Below, one piece after another: positions 12,743 to 26,955 of a stretch of DNA of 64,000 nucleotides. How positions within the stretch are numbered: position 1 is the stretch's first letter; each line of letters begins with the position of its first letter. A program made the position numbers and the translations under genes. The notes beneath the pieces were generated by a model. The model saw nothing but the letters and a program-made list of their open reading frames with translations. It did not search any database and was not told the origin of the DNA. Source of the stretch: Eledone cirrhosa (taxonomy: Eukaryota); NCBI GenBank assembly GCA_964016885.1, contig OZ024740.1, positions 130,820,001 to 130,884,000 on the forward strand, in the 5' to 3' direction.

Positions 12743-14634
12743 CAAGAGATAAGATAACATGCTATGTACCATAAGGGCTTTATTCGCAGTGCTGACAATT
12801 GTTTCTTTGATCTGGTAGGTCCAGAGTTCGCTAATCGCAAAGTATTGGAGTTCGATTGCGTCAATCGAACTCTAATACTTTGTTTATAACCAGTTAATGA
12901 AACAGAGCGAGCGAATGTGAGGATAATATACAATGCATGGCTTATATAGAGGAGTGGTATTAGACCAGAACAATAATATCAATAACAAAATATCTTTTAA
13001 AAAAGATGGTATGTACACAGACATTCAATGAAGAACCGTGCACTGGGGAATTCCACAACCCTCGCCAATAAAATATGGCAACTTAGGGACAAAAGCCTTG
13101 ATTAAAATATTAGCGGTTCGAAGTTATGGGCCGCAAAGGCCTATTACAGCGGTATGTCCCATTGTGGGCTCTGCAACCTTGAATTGCTACATATATTAAG
13201 GTACAATAAAATGCTGCTTAACAGCAAAATAGAAAAGTCAATTTTCAGCATACATAGGAGTGCTACTAAATTTGCGAGATTTAAACCACCGTCATTCAAA
13301 CCAGCATCCCCGAACTTAATGGAAAATCACTTAGAATTTAACATATGAAATCCGCATTCTCATACGGCCCACCTCAGAACCATAATCTTGTATAAACATC
13401 TTCCAGCCTCCCTACATCTATATCACCAAGATGGAGCAGTAATATCTAGAAACATCTACCAATTATAATGTCAGCCCATAAACCAATCTAGCATTTGCTG
13501 TTGTTTATTGTTTTGGACCAAACAATTATATCTACATTAGCACCCATGATCTCTAATCGATGAACCTAATTCTAAGTACATTATTTTATTACCCTTACAC
13601 TCCTTGAAACTCTTATTTTCTTATTTTCTTCTTATTACTATTATGATAATCTCAATGTTCCCTATCCCTAAATTTATTCATCCTGTTCTATATATATATT
13701 CCATGCATATTTTATTGTTGATTTATTGTCTTAATTATACGCTATTTGTCATCGAAGTTGTGAAAACTAAACCCCCATGCTTCGAACTAAGAATCCCAGC
13801 ATTTAAACTAAGCCACCTAAACCTTAAATACTGAATCTGCAATTTCAATTAATACCAGATACGAACCATATATCTTTATACACTCACTCTAACAATATAA
13901 CTAAATTAATACAACGAAAATATTTATCTGTCAGACCATAAATCAATTTGCCTTTAGACACACAACACACTTGTAGGTAGATCACTCATAATTGCACTTA
14001 AAGGGGCAGATTCCAAAAATATGACTCTGGGTAAATTTTATTAGTTATCTCTTCATCCCTCAAAAACTAAGTCTAAAGTGACCTATAGTAGTTTTCACAT
14101 GTCAACTTTATACATCTGTATCATATCACTTCGGTTAACATGCTAGTTTTATCATTTTATCATTGTATTCTATTTCTCACTTATATTGATCTTATTAATT
14201 TAACTATTCAGTATCTAGTTATTTTGTTATTGATATTATTGTTCTAGTCTAATACAACTCCTCTATAAAAGCCATGCCTTGTATATTATCCTCACATTCG
14301 CTCGCTCTGATGAATTAACTGGTTATAAACAAAGTATTAGAGTTAGATTAGCGCAACATCTAGCGATTAGCGAACTCTAGACCTACCAGATCAAAGAAAC
14401 AATTTGTCAGCACTGTGATATAGCCCTTATTGTACAGACAATCATGTTACTCTTATCTCTAGAATTATTATTACTCCAAGTATAACCTACATAGAAATCA
14501 CGGTGAAGTCGCTGCATCACTATGAACCGTCTTGTTGAGTCAAACTAAGCCATACGTTAATATCACCCACAACACGGAGTACACTAACGGGACTACCTCT
14601 AAGTGGATTGCCTATAACGATAACTTGTTATCCC

Positions 14635-14635
<1 letters not shown>
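12741..14635 (+). mobile_element. Penelope-like remnant with inverted pLTRs (12741-12992 and 14220-14463), GIY-YIG fragment 13000-13260 and 3' tail
   Basis: Inverted arms; internal translation HRHSMKN..NSTTLANKIWQLRDK and YYSGMSHCGLCNLE..LLNSK; HHR in the right arm. Confidence 0.75.
14304..14411 (+). ncRNA. Hammerhead motif with ~80-nt stem II insertion
   Basis: gct-CTGATGA-..ctggt..accag..-GAAA-caatttg-tc-agc; GUC triplet; the left-arm copy (12791-12908) has the perfect acaattgt palindrome but a damaged core. Confidence 0.55.
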
Positions 14636-14685
<50 letters not shown>

Positions 14686-14740
14686 TAGCAGATTAAAGTT
14701 TAAGCAAATATCGCTGCTTTGACCCTATATATATAGTAGA

Positions 14741-14889
14741 AGAGTCAGGACCCCGACGGCTGAGCTCCGGCTGTTTCGACAGCTAGGTCTGAACTCTAGT
14801 TCTCTTTTCCTATTACCCACTCTACTACCCAGTATCGAGTACTTTAGTGCGTTATTGTCCACCTGGTTACTTACCACACTTCCTTCGTC
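14741..14889 (+). mobile_element. Short repeat family member with an inverted HHR 3' half (relatives at 19065-19252 and 52455-52596)
   Basis: Shares gaccccgacggctgagctc..gtttcgac and the tail cctattacccactctactaccc..agtatyGAGTAc..ccacacttccttcgt with the other copies. Confidence 0.6.
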
Positions 14890-15087
14890 ACACACACACA
14901 CACACACACACACAGACATATATATATATATATGCATAGTAACAATAATAGATGTGAAGACTAAAATCCATATGTAAGAGCAAATCTTTATTAAAATAAC
15001 AGATTAAAGCTCAAGCAAAGAATCGCCTTATGGGTGAAAGCAGCGATTGTTTGCTTAAACTTTAATCGGTTATTTTCATATATATAT

Positions 15088-15431
15088 ATATCAATGATAT
15101 TAATAAAGGGAAACTATATTTATAAAACCATATCTATTCTATTATATATATTTCAAGAGTCCCAACATTTTGGTACGCCCTCATCAGAGAAAATACAAAG
15201 TTTGTTTTATAAATATTGACATATCCAGGATTGAGACCTTAACTGTTCAGGTTTCACTATCCAGGTAAAACTTAAACCGCTAAGGTCTCATTCCTGGATA
15301 TGTCAATATTTATTAAACAAACTGTGTATTTTATCTGATGAGGGCGTACCAAAATGTTGGTGCCCTTGAAATATATATAATACAATAAATATGCTTTTAT
15401 AAATATAGTTTCCATTTATTAATATCATTGA
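15088..15431 (+). mobile_element. Fold-back element: arms 15088-15242 and 15281-15431, HHR at 15332-15382; tail resumes at 16530-16627 after the Helitron
   Basis: tat-CTGATGA-gggc-gt-acca..tggt-gccc-tt-GAAA-tatata-ta-ata; inverted arms seen directly. Confidence 0.7.
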
Positions 15432-16529
15432 CTAGCATTAAAGCCCGGCGATGCTCGGGGTCAGTAAGTTACCAAAGTTAGATTGCACCACCCACTTTAT
15501 GGCAGCACTGTTTTGTCTGCCAGGCACTGGGTGAATGAATTGGAGACCTGGACTGCCGAAGCAGGAGCTGCGCCAACAGTGACAATTGTAGTTTCGCCTA
15601 TGGATATTATCTCTGTGCAAAGAAGTGTTGAAATTTATTGTTTCACAGTACTTGCGCAACACGCGCGTAGACGATGCCAGCCGAACAACAGAGCTGCGAT
15701 GGATTGGTTCTGCATCGTTATCTAATGTGTGTTTTCTAAATTTAAACAAGTAAGGAGGGGTGTGATATGGGGGAGAGTTAGCTGCTGTTTCCATCAGGTT
15801 TAGTGACCTCATAGAGGATATGTTTTCTAAATTTAAGACAGTGGGGAGTGGTGTGATACGGGGGAGAGTTAGCTGCTGTTTCTAGCAGGTTTAGTGACTT
15901 CATAGAGGATATATTTTCTAAATTTAAGACAGTAGGAAGGGGTGTGATATGGGGGAGAGTTAGCTGCTGTTTCTAGCAGGTTTACTCTCCTCATAGAGGA
16001 TATTATTGTGTATAGTAAATAAACTGATACTTCTTTCTTCCACGTTCGTTGAGAGGTTTTAACAAAGATTTATCGCTATTTTTGTGGTTGTTGTATAAAT
16101 TTATCTGTTGCTTTTGAATAATTCTTGTTTCGTATGAAATGTAATAAGTTCTCTTTGTCATTGAAGTAAATAAATGTTTGACCGTTCCACACTCAAAAAC
16201 AAACGTTCTCTCTCTCTCCCTCTCACTCGCTTCTCTCTCTCTTCGGCGTTCCTAAAGGAAGTTTGTAAGCATGTATGTAGTTTTATCGAATTTTAAGGGG
16301 AGTAGAGAGAGAGTAAATCAGATAGTATTAGAGGGATAAAGCGTTATGTATTTAGTTTCATCGATTATTTCCGTAATTGTGCGTGAGTTTGAATGAAATA
16401 AATAGTCGTTGTCCTAAGACCATTTACAACATTCTCACAGACGTTGAGTCAAATCGGTTTGAAATTGTGCAAATGTATAAACATGGAACATGCATTAACA
16501 CACAACAACAACAATCTGCCTTTTATAGA
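15432..16529 (-). mobile_element. Non-autonomous Helitron
   Basis: Minus strand starts TCTATAAAA and ends with hairpin cccgagcatcgccggg followed by ctttaatgCTAG; inserted between A and T without a TSD. Confidence 0.75.
15730..16003. repeat. Three tandem ~90-bp repeats inside the Helitron
   Basis: ctaaatttaa..gtgtgata..ggagagttagctgctgtttc..catagaggata occurs three times. Confidence 0.9.
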
Positions 16530-16624
16530 TAATGATATTATACTCCAGAAAATCTGTTGAGTGCTTCGAATCAGTTACAAATATACATTTTTGTTGAATT
16601 ACCAACAAATTAAATATCACTATG

Positions 16625-16708
<84 letters not shown>

Positions 16709-17254
16709 AATTTAATATAAAATTATGATCAACACTAATGTGTTTTTTTTGCAAATTGACAATAATATATATATGTCGAATTCCACCTGTCTGTGTTGAA
16801 AATGATAACGTTGTTAGGACTCAATGTCTCCTATGAAGGATGATTGAGGCCACAATCGTCAGTGTGACCGGTAGTTCTTGTGGTAGATGATCACGGCATA
16901 TCGGATCCTCGTACATAAAAAAGATAAAACCAAAACAAATTAAAAAAGAAGAGAACGGGTCGAAGTTGAATTATTTTCACTAAGTGTAGTAGCGATTTAA
17001 AGGTTTTGCGTGTGTGTATGTGCGTAAGTGCGTGCGTGGGTGCACCTATTCCCCATCCTATCCTACTTCGACAGTTTAACTTCCATAACCAAAATATTCA
17101 TAATATCAATAGCCTTTATGTTTCGGGAAATATTTCATTAACTAGCTCAGAGCAGATAAGAATAAAATATATAGCTAATTAACATTAAAATAATTGCATT
17201 ATTGATTTAAACACTTAAGAGTAACTACCATAGTATAAATATTTGTTTTTACTT

Positions 17255-17420
17255 TTGGCACAAGGCCAGCAATTATCCCAGTGTATTTTTGGTGCTTTAT
17301 TTTATACACCCCATAAGGATGAATGTCAAAGTTAATCTCGGCGGATTTGGACTCAGATCGTAAAGGGACATAACTACGCTGGAAAGCATGTCCGACCCTC
17401 TACCGATATTGCCAATTCAT
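17255..17420 (-). mobile_element. tRNA-type SINE
   Basis: Reverse complement of the family at 31516-31697. Confidence 0.75.
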
Positions 17421-17989
17421 CATTATTGTTTAACAATGTGCCCTGTCAACAACACACTGCAAGCAATTCTATTAGGGACAGCATCCAGAAATTTCATGAA
17501 ACGTTATTTCTCCAATCAACACTCATTAAAAACGAAAAAAAAAGAAAACTGAACTTACCTGGCAGATTTTATTTGTGATTTGAAAACAAATAATTGATAG
17601 AGTTTCATCATATGGGTTAAATAATTCAGTTTGTGGTATTTGTCTTAATAATATTAACTCCAAGTATCCAAATTAAATTGAAAAATTAAGAAGAAATCCT
17701 TTCCACTTGTGTGCATAACAGTTTCTACTATACTAACTTTGATCCTACATTATATTAAATTCATTAGTTGAGCATTAGTTTCAGAAACATACATACATTT
17801 AAGTCTCTCGACTGTTTATATTCTTGAGTATCTTATAATAGTTTGAATCTATATACAATTGATGTTTTGATATATCTATGTATCAGACTTAGCCTTTCCC
17901 TTGGACACTATCGGCGGCGTGGAGAGGGTAGACTGCTATATATGGGCGACTGCTGGTCTTCCGTAAACAAGCTTGCTATAATTTGCGCC

Positions 17990-18900
17990 TCGGTTGAGAG
18001 CTTTCTAGATGCAAATTCCTCGGTCATTTGTGACCAAAGGAGATAAAGAAAGGTGATTTGCTAGACAAGAATACACACAAACATCTTCACACTCATCAGT
18101 CGCAAACCAGCAAAATGGATTCGCACGATTCAATTGTGAGTAGGATTTTAAAATGTTGGATCGTGCAATAGAAAACAATTCTTCTGTAGGTATGATGTGT
18201 GGTTGTTTTCTTTCGTCATATTTGTGCTGTTTGTTTTGATACAAACACATCATATATGTGGACCAAGACAAGTTTTTTATGTATATGTGTAGAGAAGCTA
18301 ATCTTGTTATCATCAATTACTCCCAGGTTTCTAACGTTGTGGGTTGTCACGAGGGTTTCATATCAAGGAATAGAATATGATAGATTTAATGAACTCTCTT
18401 TTCCAAAATGGTTAGTAGTATAACTGATTAGTGGCAGATCAATTCTGGAGCATAGAATCATCTGCATTATCATAATTTATCAAATCGTCTGTAGTAATAA
18501 ATCATGCAGGAAAATAGCAGATCCTGCGTTTCTTCTGCCAATACAATCCATGCGTATGGTTGTAAAATGATTCACCTTTCAAGCGTGAGTTGTTAAAATT
18601 AGTCTCAGTTATGGAGAATTAGATATGGTTAGGTTGGTTGTCAAGCCAATACTCAATGAACTGGAACTTCCATTTTTATATATTAATTGAAGGGCTGACA
18701 CTTTCTACATTGAGTAGAAAATATGAGGCTAGAGTACGGTCTGGTTTTGTCTCTTTTGTGCTTGATAGGTTTGTGATAAATATGGGAGAGTTAGTACATA
18801 TGAGTAATAACAGAAGTTCGTATTGTGTGGCAGCTGAATGTTCTTGTAACTCTTTTTTCCAGGATCATCATGGCTATAAACATGTTTTCTTTTTTAAGGA
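17990..18900 (-). pseudogene. Highly decayed CR1/L2-type RT fragment
   Basis: Scattered in-order motifs ADDS, NLGVIDD and HI..; many stops. Confidence 0.35.
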
Positions 18901-19064
18901 TAAGTTGATGACTGGATATGGGTGCACTGTGGATAAAAGTATATACATACACACACACATACACATACTCACACACACACACGCACATACACACACACAC
19001 ACAAACACACACAAACACACATACACACACATACACACACACAAACACATATATATATATATAT

Positions 19065-19389
<325 letters not shown>

Positions 19390-20166
19390 GTATATACACA
19401 GACACATATATAGATATTGATGATAAATCTGCTTATATGAACTCTATAGTATGTCATGCTGGTTTTATCTCAGATGTATTTGGGATCCGGTATCAGGTAA
19501 ACATATCTTATATCTCATAAAAAAGAACAGAAGTCTGTCCTCTCTAATGATCAATCAGAAATACCCTCTAATTATGTTAAGTGATCAAGACGGCAAATTC
19601 TTTTGAATCTCCAGTTGAAGTAAACATTTTCATACCTTGTAGATTTAGTTCACTTACCAAGTAGTTGTAGGGTTTCATTATTTTAAAGTAATTTACAGTG
19701 ATCTTCTCTTCGGTCAATACTGAGCCTTATTTGAAATAGATCTATATATATCTTTATATGGTTCCCTGAATTATAATGTAAGCGATATTTGTTATTGCGA
19801 TGTAACGTGTATTACTGACTAATTTGATTACTGTGTAATCAAACTCATAATTTTCAACACAATTAATAACATTGAATTTCACATCGCAAATCATATACTA
19901 AGGAGTTTATTGGGATACAAGTCTGCTTGGAGTGATTGTTCAATATCGAAACATTAATTACGTCCCTAAATGTATATGCTGGAAAAATAAATATGATGTA
20001 CATATTGCCTGTCTTTTATTTATTTCTAATGTTTAGTCGTTTATCCGTCTATTATACCCGCCTGTATTTAGACGTTATTATCTATGTGCATGAATACGAA
20101 CACACATATATTTGGGAATGTATATCTATACATGTATGGTGTTTCAAATACGACTTTATATAGTTA

Positions 20167-23100
20167 CTAGCTGAGCTACCCGGTGATACCCGGGTATTTT
20201 ATGAAAGTTACAATATATTTGGCACACATTACAAAATATTTGACCATTCAAATAGATTGCTGAATTTTAACCAAAGTAGGAATTATAGCAGAATATTTAT
20301 TGACGTTTGGTCAAAGTAAATCATCTAGATACAAATATTAGTTTTTTTCCAGTGGTGATTTTTTCAATACTGCTCCCTATTATAGTCAGAATATATAATA
20401 CTTTATTCATAGATGAATCATTAGGTGTGTTGTCAGTGAAAAGGGCATGACCAAAAATATACATTTACATTTTTTTTGTTTATCCTTTTCTTTCTTTTTT
20501 TCTTTTTATTTTTTTGCCCAATCTGAACCTGTGAAATTCAAACATGAAAATACTATTTTAAAAATCATCACTAAAATAATAAAATAAATTTAGCATTAGT
20601 TCATGTTGGAATGAAGCATTTACTTACTCATTTCTGTAATTCGGGGAAAGTGTATTTAAATTTGTACACTGTAGCTTTCACCAATCTTTGCTTCTATGGC
20701 AGTAGGATCTTGTTTGCGAGAGATTTGTTTTCTATTTCGATTAGCTATACCAACAGTGATAGTGGCTGACATGTATGAGTGTAAGATAGTTGTGTGGGAT
20801 TTGAAATGGATTTTGCTAATATTTCTAGTAGATAGAGTTATCACATAGAACCATTCCTTTTTGCTTCATACATATATACATACATGAGAAAGTAAGGTGG
20901 GATTTGAAGGAAATATGGCTGCTATGTCTACTCATCAAAGTCCTCACTTATACTACTTTATATAGGAGAGGTTCCCGAGAATGCCTGCATATTCTTCCAA
21001 AGTAGTACCATGCAGTAAATTTGCGGCTTTAGAATACCTAGCAAACTACATGACTAATGAATTAGGATCTGTTTGTATTGTCATTGAATGAGGAATTACG
21101 ACATTGCTCATTCCAAAGCCGCTGGATAAACAACATTCTTGTTTTTTCCCTGTGGTGCCACAATGAAGATAACATCAGTATTCCCAACACTTGTTGTGCC
21201 AACATAGAGTTGACCATGTGAATAGACACCATCTGCCAGATTCAACCCAAAGATTTTCAATGATTGCCCTTGAGATTTATTAATGGTCATGGCATAACTG
21301 AGGCTGATCGGAAATTGAAGTTTTTGAAATTCAAATGGCAAATCAGTTGGCTTCAGAGTTATTCTTGGAATGAAACAATTGTCACCAGCAAATTTTCCTG
21401 ACATGATTGCAACTTCTAGTACATTGGCCATCATATATTTGATGATGAGTCTTGTTCCATTACAAAGTTTTGGAGGATCCAGATTGCGAAGTAGCATAAC
21501 CGATGCTGCAAGCTTCAGTATCAAGTCGTGTGGAGGAATTCCCGCTTGTTCAAGACTGTTCAAAAATTCAGTTGGATAGTTTACAACCTGGTCTTGAATA
21601 GTGATTGTGTCAACTGATTTGTAGCATATTTTCTCTCCCAGTAACATCTCCAGCAACCTTCTGTTGATTTCTTTCACAGCAACATTTTTAGTGCTAAGAA
21701 TGCTCGTTCACAGAGCCATTTCGGATCACATTGCCTGGTCTGAATATTAGGAAACACTCTGGCAATCAGTTCTTGTTTTGTGTCAATGATATGTCCAAAT
21801 CACAACTGAATATGGACATTGGAGTCCTTTAAACAAGTCCATTTCCCAATTTAAATAGTTGGATGGCGAAATCACCTTCGTCACCAGTTAAATTCACTCG
21901 CATGTTGGTTGTAAGGCTTAGTAGCTTAATTTGGCCTCAAAGATAGGATGTTTTCAGGCAGGTATCAACCTGATCAGCTCGAGTCCCTCGAAGAATTACA
22001 GGCAGAATTTGTCTGAAATCTGCAGCAAGAACAGTTGTCACTCCTCCCATTATGCAACTATTTTCTCTCAGATCCCTTATTGTCAGGTCCAAAGCTTCAA
22101 TTGCTCCTTTATGGCTCAAAGTAGCATCATCCCAAATTATCACCTAGCATGTAAGCAGAAGCTTGCCCTTGTGTAAGTTCTTCTTGATGTTGCAAAAAGA
22201 ATGTCCATGCCGTCTGAGATTTATGGGCAGATTAAACATGGAGTGTGTAGTTATTCCTCCATCCAGAAGTGTTGCTGCAATGCCACTTGAAGCCACATGC
22301 TGCTTTCGACGAAGCTTTGCAAGCAAGATGTTCATTAGGAATGTCCTGCCTGTGCCAGCAGGAGCATCGATGAAGAAAAGTCCTCCTCTCTCATTTTGAA
22401 TGTATTTAATGATGTTGTGTTAGGCGTATTTCTGGTCATCCCTCAATCGAGGTTCATTTTCATCCACAAACTTACGCAATGCTTGAATGTCGTAGTTTGT
22501 CTCCTGAAAAATGTTTTGTGCTACCTCCATTTCTTCATCTGGCTCTGGCATCCCGCAGTTAGCTAATGTGCTATTCCTTGCCTGAACTTGTTGGGAGAGG
22601 CCACAGAGAGCTTGATTTTAAATTCTGGGGGCATATTCCATATACATATTGCCATGATGTCTTCGGGCTAGGTGTAGATAGTCGTCCGACATATTGTTTT
22701 TGTACTCCTGCCAGAGTAGATGAGCTTCATCAATTCCACATGCTGTGAGCATAAGAGCAAATAATGGTCTTATTTGACTGGCTACTTGAGTGATTGCTAC
22801 TTCTTAAAGGCACTTTTTCAAGTTTCCATTGTCATGCAGTAGTCCATGCTGTGTACTTGATTCTTGGTATATTGCGCACGCCATTCCTCTGGAGCACCTA
22901 AGATCCGCAAATGATGTTGGTCTTCGAACAGTATGCAGAAGAAGCCGTAAATAAAAATATTCTCTCTTGTTGGGATGGACATTGTAAACACGCCCAATAG
23001 CATCACTTAACTTCAGAAGCTTCCACTAAATGACCCAGCTTTCTTCGATAACAAGTCTTTCAAATGGTCCAGGTGTAGTATGTTGGGACTTCAGCATATA

Positions 23101-25791
23101 GGAGGGATTGAGTAAATTCATCATTCTGGAAGAGTTTAATGAAAGCAGTTAGGGTAGTGTCATGTGATGCTTGTGCAAACTGATGAGCTGTGATCTCTGT
23201 GAAGTACACCCTCTGTCCATTTTCCAGATGGAGTGCGAGGTATAACACTGTAGGTTGGCGTTGGTCGATATCAAATCCAAAGATTCTCCAGATTGCTTCA
23301 TTGCTGGAGATGTATCGACCTGTTTCATACCGTTTGACCTCATCCAGCCCACGATCATTGACTTCTTTGTCAGTAATAAAGGTAGCCATGTCACTGCTCT
23401 TGTTGTGACATATAGGATTGCCTTGACGGAGCTGCAATACACAACATATGATATGAGCTTTTTAAAAGTTTACACAGCATATGATATGAGCTTTTAAAAG
23501 TTTACACAGCATATGATATGAGCTTTTAAAAGTTTACACAATAATTTGTGTGTGGGACGACCCACTAATTGTTTCTGGTCAACTCCTCTCCAAGAACTGT
23601 TAGGCTCCATGTTCTGGTCTAAGCCGAGTTCCCGAGTTTCCCGAATAAAAGCTCTAGAATAATGTTTGCTGCATTTTTTATCTTTCATGCAGGGAGAAGC
23701 TGGATTGATGACTCCACATGGACCATGAATGAGTTTGGCCTTGATGGTTTCAAACAGCTCTGGATCACCACCTTTATCAGGAAGCTCTGCTGAATTGATG
23801 TTATCAACATCATCTGGTCTTATCTTCTCCGTGCACCAGAATAGTGTGTGAGAGTGAGGAAGACCTCTCGTCTGCCACTCAATAGTGGTCATCCAAGCAC
23901 TAGGCTCACCAAATATTCTTCCTTCTTTTCGGATCCAGATGAGTTGTTTTTTTGCATTTCATGGAAAACCCCAGCAATGAGGTCATGTCGATCCTTCGGA
24001 TTTTGATTTTGAAATAATTCATTTGATATTTCTGACCAGTTTGAATTGCATGTAAATGTAATGAAGAGATCTGGCCGACCAAATTTTCTGACATAGACCA
24101 TTGCTTCTTGCCTAATTTCAGGCATGTAACGTGGTCCTCCCGTGAAGCCTGACGGTAGTATAACGGGCTGGCCAATATTTCTAGGGTAAACAACAGAATT
24201 GATGGCATCTATAAGGTGTATGTAGTTATCTGCCCTCAACTTAGTTTGATTCCTTCACAAAAGCCCCAGTATTTCTGTTTCAATTTTGGCATACATGTCC
24301 ACCATGAACTGGCTGGTTACTTCTTTGAATCGCAGAACTTGGTTGAAGTGATCACGTACCATGAAATGTTAAGCATAGAATTCTTTGCATTTGATTAATT
24401 GGCTAGTTTATGTCCCGTTCCCGGGCTGATCTACCATAGCCGAAAATGATATCCATCTTGACCATTCCAAAAGATTAGCGGATATTGGAGTTAATCATAG
24501 GCTCTATGAGTTTCACAAATCAACTACAATTGTCCACTGGATTTTTTCAAAACAATGTCACGTCGTTCATGCTGTTCATAAACCATTATGATTGCAACTT
24601 CATCAGTGACAGGTGCATTGAATCTGCGTTCATGTGCTGAAGCCGGTCGTTTGTCTGCCCTAATGATGATTTTACGATCCCTGGTGTTGTTCCTATGCAC
24701 CATTGCATATTTAAATACACTGACGTACATGTGATGTTGGTGAAGCTTTTCTTGTAACTTTATGTCTATGCAGACTGCAATCCGCCATGGAAATTGGTAC
24801 ATCTTTGTTGTGCCTGTGTTTCCTTCCCACCCATGAAGTAAACCTGCACAAATTTGTGAGGCTCCCGTGAAAGTCGTAGAAGCCCACCCATTAAGTGGTA
24901 ACACTCTTCCCGAATTGTATAAGTTGTACAGAATCTAAACTAAGTCACATTCCTGTCAGCCCCAAAAGATATTAATTGAAAGGCAGAATTATATATTATG
25001 ATGTATTTATTGAAGTGTCGTGTGGCTGGTGTATCCTGAAGGAGCAGATTCTTCAGAAATTCAGGAGGTTATTGTATTGTTTTAAGACTCACTTTGCTTT
25101 TTGAGCAGCATAGACTTGGTGTTTCTGCTGCCCACCTATTGGCACCACAATACTGGCAGCATTTGTTCATTTTCCCAATGTTGACTTGTCGATTAATGCT
25201 GTATTCCTTTTGGGGTCATAATAAAAATCACCCATCAGCCTGTTCATTTTACTTGTTGCCTGTTCTACTGCTCGGGCAGTAAGACAATGTTCTTGATTAG
25301 CATTTCGTCTGATTTGCTGCTGTTCCTTAATTTGCTGTTCTCGTCTAGCAACAGTCCTTTGTTCCCTTTCATCCAAACGGTGTGCTCGTGCTAAAGCTGT
25401 TTGGGCTCTGTTAGCAGCTAGAGGGGCATGCCGAACTTCTCTCTCTTCAGATCGCTTTGTTTTTCTCCTCTTAGCCGTTGAAGAGGCCATTCCATATAAT
25501 GATCTGGAAAGTTTTCTAGGCATTTGAAGTAATTTTATTACACACAACGCGCTAAAATAAAGTACCAGTAATGCACTGGATAATTGCTGGCCGTGTGCCA
25601 AAAGTAGAAACAATTATTACACACCACACTCTTTCCGAAATAGAAACAACTATAGAATGTATTGTTCACTCAGTAAAGTTGTTTTAAATTATCTCTTTAT
25701 ATGAATGTATATTAGGTGTAATTAATTTTAGACATATGTAGAAAGTATTGAGCTTCAGATTGTATTCTGAAATTATCATTTGTTTACACCC

Positions 25792-25822
<31 letters not shown>

Positions 25823-26955
25823 ACTCTACAGAAAAAAATGTTCTGTGTTAATTCAAATAACAGCAGAAAATAATATATTCAAATAATATAGTTTAAGAAT
25901 ACCGTTTTTTTTTTGTCTGTTAAATGCATACATATATACAACTTCTATAAAAGCATCTGTGATTTCTTTAGACATATGTTGAAAATAAGCTTTGATGGGA
26001 ACATAAATCGTCTGCTAAAGAACCCCTCCCCCATAACACACACATATGTGTGTGTAAATATATATATAAACGCGGACACACGTTAGTTAAAGAATCCCTC
26101 CAAGCACCCTCCCTCTTTCCTGCCTCTTTTCTTTTTTTCTCTCTCCCATCTTTTCTCTTTTCTTATTGACTTTCTCTCCCCATCCGCCTCAATCCCTTTC
26201 TCTTTCTCACCTCCTCTCTTTCTTTCTTTCACTCATCCTCTACAGAATAGCGAACAAAAAAAAATGAATAACATTGGGAGAGTTAAGAAATGTGTAAAAA
26301 TAATAAATAAATAAAAGTTAATGAACGCTGGCTGCTTTCCCTCTCTCTCTCCCATCCCATTACTCTCTCTCTCTTTTTCTCTTTCACATCGACCCTGTCT
26401 CTACTTAATAGAGAACAAAAAATAAAGAAAAGATAAATAACGTTCAGGAAGCGGTAGAGTTACAAAATGCGTAAAAATAATAAAAAAACAAAAGTTAACA
26501 ACGCTTTCTCTCTCATCCCCTTACTCTCTTTCTTTCTCTCTCACATTCACTTAATCTCTCTCTCTCTCCCATCTCCCTCTCGCTATATTTCTCTCTCATC
26601 CCTTACTCCCTTTCTTTCTCTCTCACATCCCCTTACTCTCTCTCCCATCTCCCACTCTCTCTTTCTGTCACTCTCATCTCTTACTCTCTCTCTCTTTCAT
26701 TCTCTCATCCATCACTCTCTTATCTACAGACTCGAGAAGATAAAAAAACAAAATGGATGATCTCTTTTGATATTCATTAGAAAATAAGTTAAATTGAATT
26801 TAAATGAATTCCTTGCTTTGCAAAGTAAAACATTTTCGAGCATTACCTGTCCGAGTGTATAGTGAATATGTACATGTAATTTTGAGGAGTTTGGTCCGGT
26901 AGTTTGCTAGTTTTAGGCGGACACACGTAATCGTAAACTTGCATTTATATATATA
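20167..26955 (-). mobile_element. Decayed autonomous Helitron (Rep plus PIF1 helicase), copy 1
   Basis: PDLFITFTCN, EWQTRGLPHSH, RYISSNEAIWRI, APAGTGRT, DFRQILPV, AMTINKSQGQSL; 3' hairpin tacccgggtatcaccgggta then CTAG at 20167-20170; many frameshifts; 32-bp triplication at 23445-23540. Confidence 0.92.

Noticed and set aside
15730-16003. Regular repeats, and the 32-bp triplet at 23445-23540, as a CRISPR array
   Set aside because: Contiguous tandem repeats without unique spacers, inside eukaryotic Helitrons; no cas genes.
16828-16875. Hairpin gatgattg/caatcgtc followed by accggt
   Set aside because: Both core boxes are too degenerate to call a hammerhead.
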